Assembly: GCA_964566225.1 (NCBI GenBank)
Contig: CAZMHV010000005.1
Location: forward strand, 1 to 60,308
From: an uncultured Gammaproteobacteria bacterium
Lineage (GTDB): Bacteria > Patescibacteriota > Patescibacteriia > Magasanikbacterales > UBA922
Direction: 5' to 3'
Length of the DNA stretch: 60,308 nucleotides
Part shown: positions 25,281 to 34,727 of the stretch, piece by piece
Layout: each line of letters starts with the position of its first letter
Numbering within the stretch: the first letter of the stretch is position 1
Made by a program: the position numbers and the translations under genes
Notes under the pieces: model-generated
Told to the model about the DNA's origin: nothing
Databases searched by the model: none
Seen by the model: the letters and a program-made list of their open reading frames with translations, nothing else

Positions 25281-26993
25281 ATGAAAAAAATACTTTTTTT
25301 CATGGCCACTTTTTTACTTGTACTGGTACCTACCATGTCACAAGCGGTTTCTTCTCATTCAAATATTGAAAGTATTAAAAAGTATACAGTAAAAGTACAA
25401 ATGGATACTAAAGGTAACTTGCGGGTTGAAGAAGATATTCTCTACAATTTTGGTGATCAGTTTAAACATGGTATTTTTCGAGATATTCCACTTCAAGAAT
25501 CAAATGTGGTGAGTAAAATTTCACTTTCAGATATTCAAGTACTCGACGAAAATGGTTTACCATATAAGTATAATTCTTCCATACAAAACAATATTTATTC
25601 TCTAAAAATTGGCGACCCAAAGAACATGGTGAGTGGTCAAAAAATGTATAAGATTTTTTATGAGGTTTCGGGGGCACAAATACGAGGTGAAAAAGATGTT
25701 TTGAGTTGGAATTTTATTGGAGATCAGTGGCAGGTTCCCATTGAACAGGCCAGTGTTACATTTTTGTATCCAAAGAACTTTTTGAATAGTCTGCGGGTGG
25801 TCACTTGTCACTTTGGACCACGGGGCAGTGAGACAGTATGCAAACAAACACTCAAACAAGACGGAACGGTTCAGTATACATTTTCTCAACTTCCTGCATA
25901 CAACGGAGCAACCGTCACTGCTGAATTTTCCAAAGATACTTTTGCAAAACCAACACTTTGGGACACGGTGAGTAAACTGTATCCACTTTTGCTTCCGATT
26001 TTTCTTTTTTTTGGCCTCCTCTTTTACTGGAATCGTCATGGCAAAGACCCAAAGGGAAAAGGCACTATCCTTACCCAGTTTGATGCACCAGATGGCTTGA
26101 GTCCTATTGAAGTAGGAGCGATTGTGGACGAAAAAATTGAGGGTAAAGATGTATCAGCACAAATTATTTATTTGGCCCAAAAAGGACATTTGAAGGTCGT
26201 TGAAGAACAAACGAGTATTTTGGGCCGAAAAGAGTTTTCACTCCAAAGAATTCAATCAGAAAATGAAATCTTTGAAAACGAATTTGATAAAATGCTGGTA
26301 CATGAGTTATTTTTGTTTGAAAAACCAGGGGTTGATGGTGTGGCACGGGTGAAACTGAGTGACCTCAGTCGTAAGTTTGCTACTCAATTTAAAAAAATTC
26401 AAGAAGCCGTATATAACAGTCTTATCACCAAGGGGTACTTTCCAAATAATCCCATGAAAGCACGTCGGAAGTATTATATTGCGGGTGTTGCTTTTCTCTA
26501 CTTTAGTGTTAAATATATTTCGGGCGGGGTTTTGATGGAACATCTGATCGGTTTTTTCACAGCTTTCACTTGTTCTGTTTTGTTTTTTATTTTTGCACCA
26601 CTTATGTCTGTGAAAACCCAAAAAGGGGTAGATGCTTACGAACATATTTCGGGGTTAAAAACATATCTCTCTGTGGCCGAAAAAGATAGAATCAACTTTC
26701 ATAATGCTCCAGAAAAAAGTCCACAAACATTTGAATTTTTTTTGCCACTGGCTATGACTTTGGGTGTAGAAGTGGCCTGGGCACAGTATTTTGAAGGAAT
26801 GTACATAGAGCCTTCTAGTTGGTATGTTTCTTCGGGCGCTGTTCATAACTTTAATTCGCTGTATTTGGCTCGATCACTCTCTACTTTTTCTCGAACTACA
26901 GGTTCGTCCTTGGCTTCTACTTCACGCTCTTCAGGTGGACGTGGAGGATTTAGTGGTGGTGGACGTGGCGGCGGAGGTGGAGGAAGTTGGTAA
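25281..26993 (+). CDS. DUF2207-like membrane protein
   Basis: Signal peptide MKKILFFMATFLLVLVPTMSQA, a large ectodomain, several TM helices, and the Gly-rich tail SSGGRGGFSGGGRGGGGGGSW characteristic of DUF2207 proteins. Confidence 0.7.
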   Translation: MKKILFFMATFLLVLVPTMSQAVSSHSNIESIKKYTVKVQMDTKGNLRVEEDILYNFGDQFKHGIFRDIPLQESNVVSKISLSDIQVLDENGLPYKYNSSIQNNIYSLKIGDPKNMVSGQKMYKIFYEVSGAQIRGEKDVLSWNFIGDQWQVPIEQASVTFLYPKNFLNSLRVVTCHFGPRGSETVCKQTLKQDGTVQYTFSQLPAYNGATVTAEFSKDTFAKPTLWDTVSKLYPLLLPIFLFFGLLFYWNRHGKDPKGKGTILTQFDAPDGLSPIEVGAIVDEKIEGKDVSAQIIYLAQKGHLKVVEEQTSILGRKEFSLQRIQSENEIFENEFDKMLVHELFLFEKPGVDGVARVKLSDLSRKFATQFKKIQEAVYNSLITKGYFPNNPMKARRKYYIAGVAFLYFSVKYISGGVLMEHLIGFFTAFTCSVLFFIFAPLMSVKTQKGVDAYEHISGLKTYLSVAEKDRINFHNAPEKSPQTFEFFLPLAMTLGVEVAWAQYFEGMYIEPSSWYVSSGAVHNFNSLYLARSLSTFSRTTGSSLASTSRSSGGRGGFSGGGRGGGGGGSW

Positions 26994-27011
26994 TCTATTT
27001 AATTTTTATAC

Positions 27012-27419
27012 ATGAAAACAAGACTTGAAAAACTCAAAGAAAAATTTGCCGTAAAAAAGACTTCGTATGGTCGTGGACTTTTTGCAAAAAAAGAAATTAA
27101 AAAAGGAGACTTTGTCATTGAATATATTGGTAAAAAAGTGACGATTGAAGAAGGTGAACGACGTGGAGGAAAGTATCTTATGACACTTGATGACAAGTAT
27201 ACTATTGACGGAAAGGGCCATGATAATTTAGCTCGTTATATTAATCACTCGTGTAAGCCAAACTGTATTGTGTATACTGACAAAGGACACATTAAAATTT
27301 ATGCGCGCAAAAACATTCATGTTGGTCAAGAGTTGAATTATAACTATGGCAAAGAATATTGGAATTTTTATATCAAACCACATGGATGTAAGTGTGAATC
27401 CTGTTTGAAAAAAATGTAA
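27012..27419 (+). CDS. SET-domain protein (putative protein lysine methyltransferase)
   Basis: GRGLFAKKEIKKGDFVIEYIG, NHSCKPNC, GQELNYNYG and post-SET-like CKCESC. Confidence 0.8.
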   Translation: MKTRLEKLKEKFAVKKTSYGRGLFAKKEIKKGDFVIEYIGKKVTIEEGERRGGKYLMTLDDKYTIDGKGHDNLARYINHSCKPNCIVYTDKGHIKIYARKNIHVGQELNYNYGKEYWNFYIKPHGCKCESCLKKM

Positions 27420-27421
27420 CT

Positions 27422-28171
27422 ATGCCAACACTGCGAACCAGATTTAAAAAAGAGATCATTGCAGAATTTCTTCCGCCCAAAAGACCTTCACAAAAGGTGA
27501 TTATTTTGTGCGTGGGCATGCCAGGGAGTCCATCCAAAAAAGAACTCTTAGAATTTTTTTCTCAAAAAGGATATTGGGTTTTTGCTCCACGGTATCGTGG
27601 CAGTTGGGAAAGTTCTGGAGATTTTTTGGCTCGTTCTCCACACGAAGATGTTTTGGATATTATTGATGAACTCCCAAATGGGGTGACGAGTCTGTGGGAT
27701 GGAAAAAAATTTGAGTTACATCCCAAAAAGATTTTTATTTTGGGTGGAAGTTTTGGTGGCCCTGCGGCACTCCTTTGCTCCAAAGATAATCGTGTGAGTA
27801 AAGTGGTCACTGTTTCATCGGTAGTAGACTGGAAGGATTCAAGTCGTGAAGAACCACTTGATTGGCTCTATGGTGCTATAAAAAATGCCTTTGGTGAAGC
27901 CTATCGAATTCAGAAAAAAAATTGGAATAAACTCAAAACAGGGAAGTTTTATAATCCTGCTGCTCATGTCAAAGAATTTGATCCCAAAAAAATTCTTGTG
28001 ATTCATGCCAAAGACGATGAAGTCGTAAATTTTAAGTCAGTACATAATTTTGTTAAAAAAGTAACATGTGAATCAATTATTTTGAAAAAGGGTGGACATT
28101 TTTCTTTAAGTAAAATTACTGAGCCACGGCTATATAAAAAAGTACAAATTTTTTTAAAAACAAAAGTATAA
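27422..28171 (+). CDS. alpha/beta-fold hydrolase (prolyl oligopeptidase / dienelactone hydrolase-like)
   Basis: Nucleophile elbow LGGSFGG; late IHAKDDEVV and GGHF motifs. Confidence 0.7.
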   Translation: MPTLRTRFKKEIIAEFLPPKRPSQKVIILCVGMPGSPSKKELLEFFSQKGYWVFAPRYRGSWESSGDFLARSPHEDVLDIIDELPNGVTSLWDGKKFELHPKKIFILGGSFGGPAALLCSKDNRVSKVVTVSSVVDWKDSSREEPLDWLYGAIKNAFGEAYRIQKKNWNKLKTGKFYNPAAHVKEFDPKKILVIHAKDDEVVNFKSVHNFVKKVTCESIILKKGGHFSLSKITEPRLYKKVQIFLKTKV

Positions 28172-28204
28172 AAAAATCCTGGCTTATGAGACCAGGATTT
28201 TTTT
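28170..28204. terminator. bidirectional terminator between convergent genes
   Basis: aaaaaaATCCTGGcttatgagaCCAGGATttttttt. Confidence 0.75.
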
Positions 28205-28214
28205 ATGGAGTTGT

Positions 28215-31200
28215 TTATTCTTCTATCGTTTTTCCCTCAATTCTTTGGAAGGTATTGATGTTCATAATGTGGTAGTCATCTATGAGTGTACCTGTTTTTT
28301 CAAGTACTCCTGTTACTTTCATTTCAGAGATTCCAAAGAAATTTTTAAGAGTATCTCCTGGATTTTGAAAAAGTTTTTCTTCTCGCATCATCTTAGCTTC
28401 GTTTGCTCCAACGATCATTTCATTGTCAGTCACTGGGAATGTACCTTCTTTGAGTGTAAGTCCTACATATTTATCGGTTCCCAAAAAAAGTTTTGGACCA
28501 TTACTCGCAAAATTCATTTTGGTTGGATTTGAAGTGAGAAATGTTGCGATTTCACTTTGGATTTGCTCGAAAGCTTGAGGAGGACGTGCTTCACCCATAT
28601 CTTGTGCTGAACTAATTCTCCCAAACTGCACAAAGAGGAGTGTAAAGGCGACGGCCATGACGATTGGCGCAATAATGGAAAGATAATTTTTCTTTCCTGG
28701 TTGAAACCGTCGGAGTAAAAGTGAGTTTGATACAACCGAAACAGAACTGAGCGCCATAGCAAGCCCAGCGAGTTCTGGTCGGAGTACGAGTCCAAGCCCG
28801 GCAAAAATTCGTGCTGCAATTGGAATACCAATAACGTTATAGAAGAGTGCAAAGAATAAGTTTTGTTTAATTTTGCTCATGGTTTCGCGGCTGAGATCAA
28901 TAGCAGTCAAAACATCTCGCAAATCACTTTTCATAATCACAATGCCACCGGTTTCCATAGCCACATCTGTTCCACTTCCCATGGCAATACCAAGGTCAGC
29001 TTGAGCGAGCGCCGGAGCATCGTTGATTCCATCTCCAACCATCGCTACTCGCAGGCCTGCATCCTGCAACTTTTTTACTTCATTTGCTTTTTCTTCGGGC
29101 AATACTTCGGCAAGAATATTTTTTATTCCGACCATTTTTCCAATGGCTTCGGCTGTGCGACGATTGTCACCCGTAATCATATAAATTTGTAGGCCTCTTT
29201 TTTCAAGTGCTTTGATGGCTTCAATTGAAGTTTCTTTCAAAGTATCTGCCACAGCAATGAGACCAATAACCTCTTTTTTTGAGGCTAAGATCATTACGGT
29301 TTTTCCGGCTTCTTCGAGTTTACGGATCTTTCGTTCACTGCTTTCTACATCAAGTTCAGCAACATCAGCAATGAGTTTTCTGTTTCCGAGATAATATGTT
29401 TCTCCACGCACTTCACCTTGTACACCGTGTCCTGGTATGGCTTTGAAATTTTCTACAGATACAAATTCTTCATTTTCTTCCTGCGCATATCGTACAATGG
29501 CTTCGGCCAAAGGATGCTCAGACTTTTTTTCTAAGCTGGCACCAATTGACAGAAGCGTATTTTCGTCAGCGTTGCCAATGGCAATAAGTTCGGTTACCTC
29601 GGGTTTTCCTTTGGTGAGCGTGCCGGTTTTGTCAAAAATAATTGCTTGAACTTTGTTGGCGGCTTCAAGAGGTTCTCCACCTTTAATGAGCACGCCATAT
29701 TCAGCACCTTTGCCTGTGCCTACCATGATTGCGGTTGGAGTCGCAAGTCCAAGTGCACAAGGGCACGCAATAACAATCACGGCTGTGAAGGCCATAAGAC
29801 TAAATGCCAAACTGGCATCAAGTACGAAGAACCACACAATAAACGTGATGGCCGCAATAATAAGGACTGCTGGAACAAACCAAGATGAAATTCTGTCAGC
29901 AAAATTTTGAATAGGTGCGCGAGAATTTTGGGCTTCTTCAATAAGACGAATAATTTGTGCGAGTGCCGTTTCACTTCCAATTTTTGAGGTTTTAAACTCA
30001 AAGGATCCATTTTTATTGACCGTAGCACCAGCGACCACATCACCAGGATTTTTTTCAACAGGAATACTTTCACCGGTCAGCATTGATTCATCAACTGACG
30101 AATTTCCACTGGTGACTACCCCATCAACTGGAATTTTTTCTCCAGGGCGTACGACTACAATATCACCAACTACCACATCTTCAATAGCAATATCTGTTTC
30201 TCTGCCATTTCGAATCACGCGGGCTGTTTTTGGTTGAAGCCCCATAAGTTTTTTGATGGCATCACTCGTTCTTCCTTTTGCTTTTGATTCGAGCCATTTT
30301 CCAAGAATGACAAAGGTAATAAGAAAGGCTGCTGTTTCAAAGTACAGTTCTGGAATTTTTCCGCCAAGACCAATGACACTTTTATTGCGGACGACATAGT
30401 CGAGGAATCTCCACAGACTGTAAAAAAAGGCAGTACTGGTTCCAATCGCAATGAGACTATCCATGTTGAACATTTTCATGCGCAATGAACTCCACATGCC
30501 TTTGTAAAATCCAGCTCCAATAATGAATTGTATTGGGGTAGTAAGGACGAGTGAAATTATTCCAACATAGGGGAGGGTAAAAGCTTTTCCAGGAATCGCA
30601 AAAAAGTCGAGAAGCATGAAGTACAGCATTGGAATACTCAGAGTCAAACTCCACAAAAATTTTGTGAAAAATCCTTTGATTTCTTTTTCTCGACGTTGCC
30701 GTTCTGCTTCAGTATTTTTTGGGTCATACACATCTGCGGTATACCCAGCTTTTTTGACAGCAGCAATAATATTTTCTGTCTTCACGAGCGTTGTATCATA
30801 GGTAACACTTGCTTTTTGCGCTGCAAAGTTCACATGGGCAGATTTGATGCCAGAGACTTTTTTAATACTTCGTTCAATAATATTAGCACATGAGGAACAG
30901 TGCATGCCATTAATCACGAAGTCAGTACGATCTTCTCCTTTGGCAATAGAAGCAGGGGATGGTGCTGAAATTTTCATGTTGTGTGTCGAATGATCAAATG
31001 GTAAGGCAGCACTTTCTCCGGAGAGAGACTGAAATAGCTGAGAAAATTTTGGTGAACGTAAAACGTGGTCGATGAAGCCATCGACATTTTCTTTGCCTTC
31101 GGGAATTTCAAATTCACCAGTTCTTTTTTGTGTTACTTTGCCTTGAAATGATGGGGTGTTTCCTTCCTGTGTAAATTTTCCTTCGGCTTCAACTGTGGAA

Positions 31201-31505
31201 GCGAGTTTCATTTTAAATGGGGCATCTTGTGCCACCGTTTTCTTTTCAACCGTGATATCTGTTGATACTGGGCCTTCTTCACGTCCTTCTCTTTTTTCGA
31301 TAACTGCATGATATCCGGCCTTTTGAACTGCCTGTACAATCTGTTCATCTGTTACCTCCTTTTCCACTTCAATTTCACCAACACCAGTCTTTGAATCAAT
31401 TTTAATGACGTGTACCCCAGGAACATCCTTAAGCTCCATGCCAATAATTTTTTCGCATGAGCTGCAGGTCATCCCGTGAATAGTGAGAAAAACTTTTTGT
31501 AACAT
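28215..31505 (-). CDS. copA: copper-translocating P1B-type ATPase with two N-terminal HMA domains and an extra C-terminal TM plus soluble domain of about 190 aa in total
   Basis: [10 protein letters not shown] and [10 protein letters not shown] (HMA domains), CPC motif [27 protein letters not shown]. At 1096 aa it is much longer than typical CopA. Confidence 0.9.
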   Translation of the reverse strand: MLQKVFLTIHGMTCSSCEKIIGMELKDVPGVHVIKIDSKTGVGEIEVEKEVTDEQIVQAVQKAGYHAVIEKREGREEGPVSTDITVEKKTVAQDAPFKMKLASTVEAEGKFTQEGNTPSFQGKVTQKRTGEFEIPEGKENVDGFIDHVLRSPKFSQLFQSLSGESAALPFDHSTHNMKISAPSPASIAKGEDRTDFVINGMHCSSCANIIERSIKKVSGIKSAHVNFAAQKASVTYDTTLVKTENIIAAVKKAGYTADVYDPKNTEAERQRREKEIKGFFTKFLWSLTLSIPMLYFMLLDFFAIPGKAFTLPYVGIISLVLTTPIQFIIGAGFYKGMWSSLRMKMFNMDSLIAIGTSTAFFYSLWRFLDYVVRNKSVIGLGGKIPELYFETAAFLITFVILGKWLESKAKGRTSDAIKKLMGLQPKTARVIRNGRETDIAIEDVVVGDIVVVRPGEKIPVDGVVTSGNSSVDESMLTGESIPVEKNPGDVVAGATVNKNGSFEFKTSKIGSETALAQIIRLIEEAQNSRAPIQNFADRISSWFVPAVLIIAAITFIVWFFVLDASLAFSLMAFTAVIVIACPCALGLATPTAIMVGTGKGAEYGVLIKGGEPLEAANKVQAIIFDKTGTLTKGKPEVTELIAIGNADENTLLSIGASLEKKSEHPLAEAIVRYAQEENEEFVSVENFKAIPGHGVQGEVRGETYYLGNRKLIADVAELDVESSERKIRKLEEAGKTVMILASKKEVIGLIAVADTLKETSIEAIKALEKRGLQIYMITGDNRRTAEAIGKMVGIKNILAEVLPEEKANEVKKLQDAGLRVAMVGDGINDAPALAQADLGIAMGSGTDVAMETGGIVIMKSDLRDVLTAIDLSRETMSKIKQNLFFALFYNVIGIPIAARIFAGLGLVLRPELAGLAMALSSVSVVSNSLLLRRFQPGKKNYLSIIAPIVMAVAFTLLFVQFGRISSAQDMGEARPPQAFEQIQSEIATFLTSNPTKMNFASNGPKLFLGTDKYVGLTLKEGTFPVTDNEMIVGANEAKMMREEKLFQNPGDTLKNFFGISEMKVTGVLEKTGTLIDDYHIMNINTFQRIEGKTIEE

Positions 31506-31506
31506 A

Positions 31507-31782
31507 TTATTTATTTTTAATACTAAATGCCTGAACTAATTCTTTGGCAAAATCTTCTCTTTCTTTTGTATTTTTTGAGTTTAATTTCTCAGAGCCACAA
31601 CAGAGCAGGTGACTTTCGAGTACATACGTATTTACTTGTTTCAGGAGGCCAATGGCCGCATTAACTTGCTGAGCAACGTCAATGCAGTAGCGGTCATCTT
31701 CAATCATCTTTTGAATCAGATTGAGTTGTCCTTGAGCTTTTTTAAGGTTCATTTTTATTTTAGAGATGTGTGGTTCGGTCAT
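31507..31782 (-). CDS. csoR: CsoR/RcnR-family metal-sensing repressor
   Basis: 91 aa; [33 protein letters not shown] (Cys-His-Cys ligand pattern). It sits directly upstream of copA. Confidence 0.85.
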   Translation of the reverse strand: MTEPHISKIKMNLKKAQGQLNLIQKMIEDDRYCIDVAQQVNAAIGLLKQVNTYVLESHLLCCGSEKLNSKNTKEREDFAKELVQAFSIKNK

Positions 31783-31801
31783 AGAGAAAGATTAAGAATT
31801 C

Positions 31802-31858
31802 TATATACCTAGACCATAGGTATAGGTATATAATATCACCACAGAAAACCCCTGTCAA
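31802..31858 (-). promoter_or_regulatory. csoR-copA promoter with a candidate CsoR operator
   Basis: On the - strand: TTGACA (comp 31853-31858), 17-nt spacer, TATTAT (comp 31830-31835). An inverted repeat TATATACCTA (31802-31811) / TAGGTATATA (31823-31832) lies over and just downstream of the -10. Confidence 0.6.
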
Positions 31859-31904
31859 GAGGAGTCTGTGGAAGAGTGTTTTGGGGTCTCGATCCCAAGA
31901 GCGA

Positions 31905-32108
31905 TTACTCCACGCTGTATTCTCCAAGTAAAAGAATTTCTTCTTTTACTTTTTGTATATTTGCATCTTCGGTATGTGTCAGGGTAAGTACCCCAGTTTC
32001 AAAGTTGACATCAGCAGTTTCAATACCAGAAACATCTTTTGAAATACTTTCAATCAATTTTTTGCACGAAGCACAATGCATGCCAGTAATGTGAAGTGTT
32101 GTTTGCAT
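31905..32108 (-). CDS. copZ: copper chaperone (HMA domain)
   Basis: MQTTLHITGMHCASCKKLIE...; 67 aa. Confidence 0.85.
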   Translation of the reverse strand: MQTTLHITGMHCASCKKLIESISKDVSGIETADVNFETGVLTLTHTEDANIQKVKEEILLLGEYSVE

Positions 32109-32125
32109 ATTTTTTGTTTAAAAGA

Positions 32126-33571
32126 TTAAGATTTTGCAGGCACCACGGTAAAGTTTCCTCGGTACATGCCCATAGAACAACTAAATGCAACTTGGCCAGG
32201 TGTGGTTGGTGCAGTAAATTCAATGACATTTACACCAGGTTTGAGAATTTTTTGCACATTAAGTTTGCGAGACACCAAAACATTGGCACAGCCACTCGCG
32301 TTTGTGCCATCCACTTCCCAGCGAATGCGTCGGCCAGCTTCAATAGTAATATTTTCTGGAATATATCCTTGATAAGCATCTACTTTCATTTTTACTACCT
32401 GCACATTGCCTGATGGGATAGGAGTTTCACTTACTGAAGCAGGAACTTTTGAAGGGCCAGAAAAAGAAATTGGATATCCGGCAATAGCAAGGGCATTTTG
32501 AATATTCCATAAACCGAGCACCACTACCAAAGCTCCAGCAAACTGAAAGAATGCTTTTCCAAATTTTCCCTTCAGGGCACTTGATGCATAGCCAAGTGCT
32601 AAAAGTGCTGGTGCTGTCCCAAGTGCAAAGGCAAGAAGAATGGTAGCACCAGTCATAAAGTCTCCTGTAGTGAGGGCATAAAGTTGCAGGGCCTGAGTAA
32701 ATCCACAAGGCAAAAAGAATGTTGCGCCACCAAGTACAAATGGCATCCCCCAGTGTTCTTTGGCTTCGGCATCCAAAATTTTGTGTGACAGTCCTTTTGG
32801 TGTACGAGGGAGAAATCGTTTCATCCACTGTGGGGCAATATGCAACATTTCAAGCCCCATAATAAGCATATACACGGCCGCCACAATTGTGAGCAGTGCA
32901 GTCACTGTTGGAGAAGGCGAAAGAATTCCACCAATCACTCCGAGGAGTCCTCCAAGAATTGTGTAAGAAGTTATTCTGCCAAGGACAAATAAAAAGACCG
33001 GTCGCATGCGGGCAAGTGGTGCTTGTGAAGCATACTTTTCATTAAACCGCGCTGTTGTTGAAAGCAAAAGTCCTCCGACCACCGCCAAACAAGAAGAAAC
33101 TGCAACAACGAGTCCCACTACAAAAATAGCACCAAAACTGGCAGACTCACTCACGTTAAAATTAGTGTTAAAAAGTCCAAGGCCGGTAAGAACTTTGCCA
33201 ATCACGAGCACCAAGCCAAAGAGCCCAACCAGTTTCCAAAAACTTGGTCGTTCTTTTTCTTCGCTGAGAGTGATGTGAGATGAATTTGTGTTTTTACTCT
33301 GCTGAACAGAGTATTTTTCATCACCGAGCGATTGTTGGAGTGTTGCAACACTTGGGGCTTGTCCTTCAAAGTGAATATTTCCTTTTCCTGTTGAAGCATT
33401 GACTTCCACATGCTTTACTCCTGGAAGTTTTTTCCATTGTCGTTCAATAGTAATTTCACAGCTGCGGCAACTCATGCCATCGATGCACACTTCCATTTTT
33501 GATATTTGTTTTTCAGATATTTCTGTTGGCTCTGAAGAGTTGGTATTTTGTTTTGAGTTATTATTATCCAT
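32126..33571 (-). CDS. three-part fusion: HMA metal-binding domain, TauE/SafE-like permease, and C-terminal cupredoxin-like domain
   Basis: N-terminus CIDGMSCRSCEITIE, then about 8 TM helices. The C-terminus is VQVVKMKVDAYQGYIPENITIEAGRRIRWEVDGTNASGC..FSCSMGMYRGNF. Confidence 0.7.
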   Translation of the reverse strand: MDNNNSKQNTNSSEPTEISEKQISKMEVCIDGMSCRSCEITIERQWKKLPGVKHVEVNASTGKGNIHFEGQAPSVATLQQSLGDEKYSVQQSKNTNSSHITLSEEKERPSFWKLVGLFGLVLVIGKVLTGLGLFNTNFNVSESASFGAIFVVGLVVAVSSCLAVVGGLLLSTTARFNEKYASQAPLARMRPVFLFVLGRITSYTILGGLLGVIGGILSPSPTVTALLTIVAAVYMLIMGLEMLHIAPQWMKRFLPRTPKGLSHKILDAEAKEHWGMPFVLGGATFFLPCGFTQALQLYALTTGDFMTGATILLAFALGTAPALLALGYASSALKGKFGKAFFQFAGALVVVLGLWNIQNALAIAGYPISFSGPSKVPASVSETPIPSGNVQVVKMKVDAYQGYIPENITIEAGRRIRWEVDGTNASGCANVLVSRKLNVQKILKPGVNVIEFTAPTTPGQVAFSCSMGMYRGNFTVVPAKS

Positions 33572-33592
33572 AGAAAAAAAGAATTAAAAAAA

Positions 33593-33638
33593 CCTAACAC
33601 AAAATATTTTGATTACAATCAAAATATCTACGGTTAGG
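33593..33638. promoter_or_regulatory. long nested palindrome between the His-rich protein gene and the HMA-permease gene
   Basis: CCTAAC (33593-33598) pairs with GTTAGG (33633-33638), enclosing a perfect 11-bp inverted repeat ATATTTTGATT-ac-AATCAAAATAT (33604-33627). The right arm overlaps the stop codon of the upstream gene. Confidence 0.45.
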
Positions 33639-34089
33639 CGTGAAGTCTCGGATGGAGGATCCCCGCAGAAAAAAGGGAAGAGAATATATTGAAAAGAGGC
33701 GTGTCTGGATTGTCTCTGCTATAAAAAAGAAATCGTTGAGGAGATGTGAGAGGAAAAGATGCAAAAATTTGTTTGAAAATGAATATTGCAACCGCAGCAA
33801 AAATAAGGAGAGAAAAGATCTGTGTAAAAGAGGGAATCACTGACAAAAAAGAATTTTGCCACAGCTCAATGTGTTCAAAGAGATCCATGGAACATTCATT
33901 AAATCCAAAGTTATTTTGACAAGGTGATGAATGGGTTTGTATGCTATGATCATGATCATGGTGCATCATCATTTCAATATTGCCAATGCAAAAAAATATA
34001 CCAAATGAGCTGAGCGCAACAACAAAAAATAACAATGCTGTGGAAAGTCCAGAAAAGATTTTTTTATACATTTTTGATGATGTCGTCAT
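33634..34089 (-). CDS. small membrane protein with a His-rich segment (possible metal-binding)
   Basis: TM helix, then MMHHDHDHSIQTHSSPC, then a second TM helix; 151 aa; located in the copper cluster. Confidence 0.55.
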   Translation of the reverse strand: MTTSSKMYKKIFSGLSTALLFFVVALSSFGIFFCIGNIEMMMHHDHDHSIQTHSSPCQNNFGFNECSMDLFEHIELWQNSFLSVIPSFTQIFSLLIFAAVAIFIFKQIFASFPLTSPQRFLFYSRDNPDTPLFNIFSSLFSAGILHPRLHA

Positions 34090-34098
34090 AACGCGAGG

Positions 34099-34644
34099 CT
34101 ATTTTTTTTCTTTTATCAAATACATGGTAATACCAAGCAGTACAAAAGAGGTTAAAGACATAACCGGTATGGTAATATAGCCATAGTAGGCAAAGAGTTT
34201 TTCCGAACACGATACTAGCGCTCCCACAGAACAAGGAGTATAAAGGCTAATACCATTTTGCAATAAAATATGGTAAATAGCAAGAAAGACTCCTATGAGA
34301 GAGAGCAAAATACTATAATCTGCAATTTTTCTGTCTTTTTTTGTATAGGCCATGCCGAGGATGAATACCTGTGAAAATAAGAAAATTCGTTGATACCAAC
34401 ACATACTGCATGGTGGCAGGTGAAGAATTTCAGAATAAAAAAGACTTAATGCTGTAGAAACGATGGCAATAAGAAATCCAAGCAGAAGTCCATTTGTTAT
34501 GATAAGCGTTTTTATTTTTTCAAAAAAAAGAAATTTCTTTTTGGAAAAGAAAGAATATGAATAAGTGACAATAAAAAGTATGATACCGATATGGGATATC
34601 AAGGTTAGTATTGAAAGTATTGTATTAAGTAATTCAAGTGACAT
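34099..34644 (-). CDS. DsbB/BdbC-family disulfide bond formation protein
   Basis: PPCSMCWYQRIFLF (CxxC followed by WYQR), a second Cys pair CSVGALVSC, and 4 or more TM helices. Confidence 0.75.
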   Translation of the reverse strand: MSLELLNTILSILTLISHIGIILFIVTYSYSFFSKKKFLFFEKIKTLIITNGLLLGFLIAIVSTALSLFYSEILHLPPCSMCWYQRIFLFSQVFILGMAYTKKDRKIADYSILLSLIGVFLAIYHILLQNGISLYTPCSVGALVSCSEKLFAYYGYITIPVMSLTSFVLLGITMYLIKEKK

Positions 34645-34727
34645 AATATTTATTTTTTTGATTGACGATCTTTCATTATTCCGACTTTGTCGAAATTCCT
34701 CAAAATGATAATGGTAGTTATAAAAAC

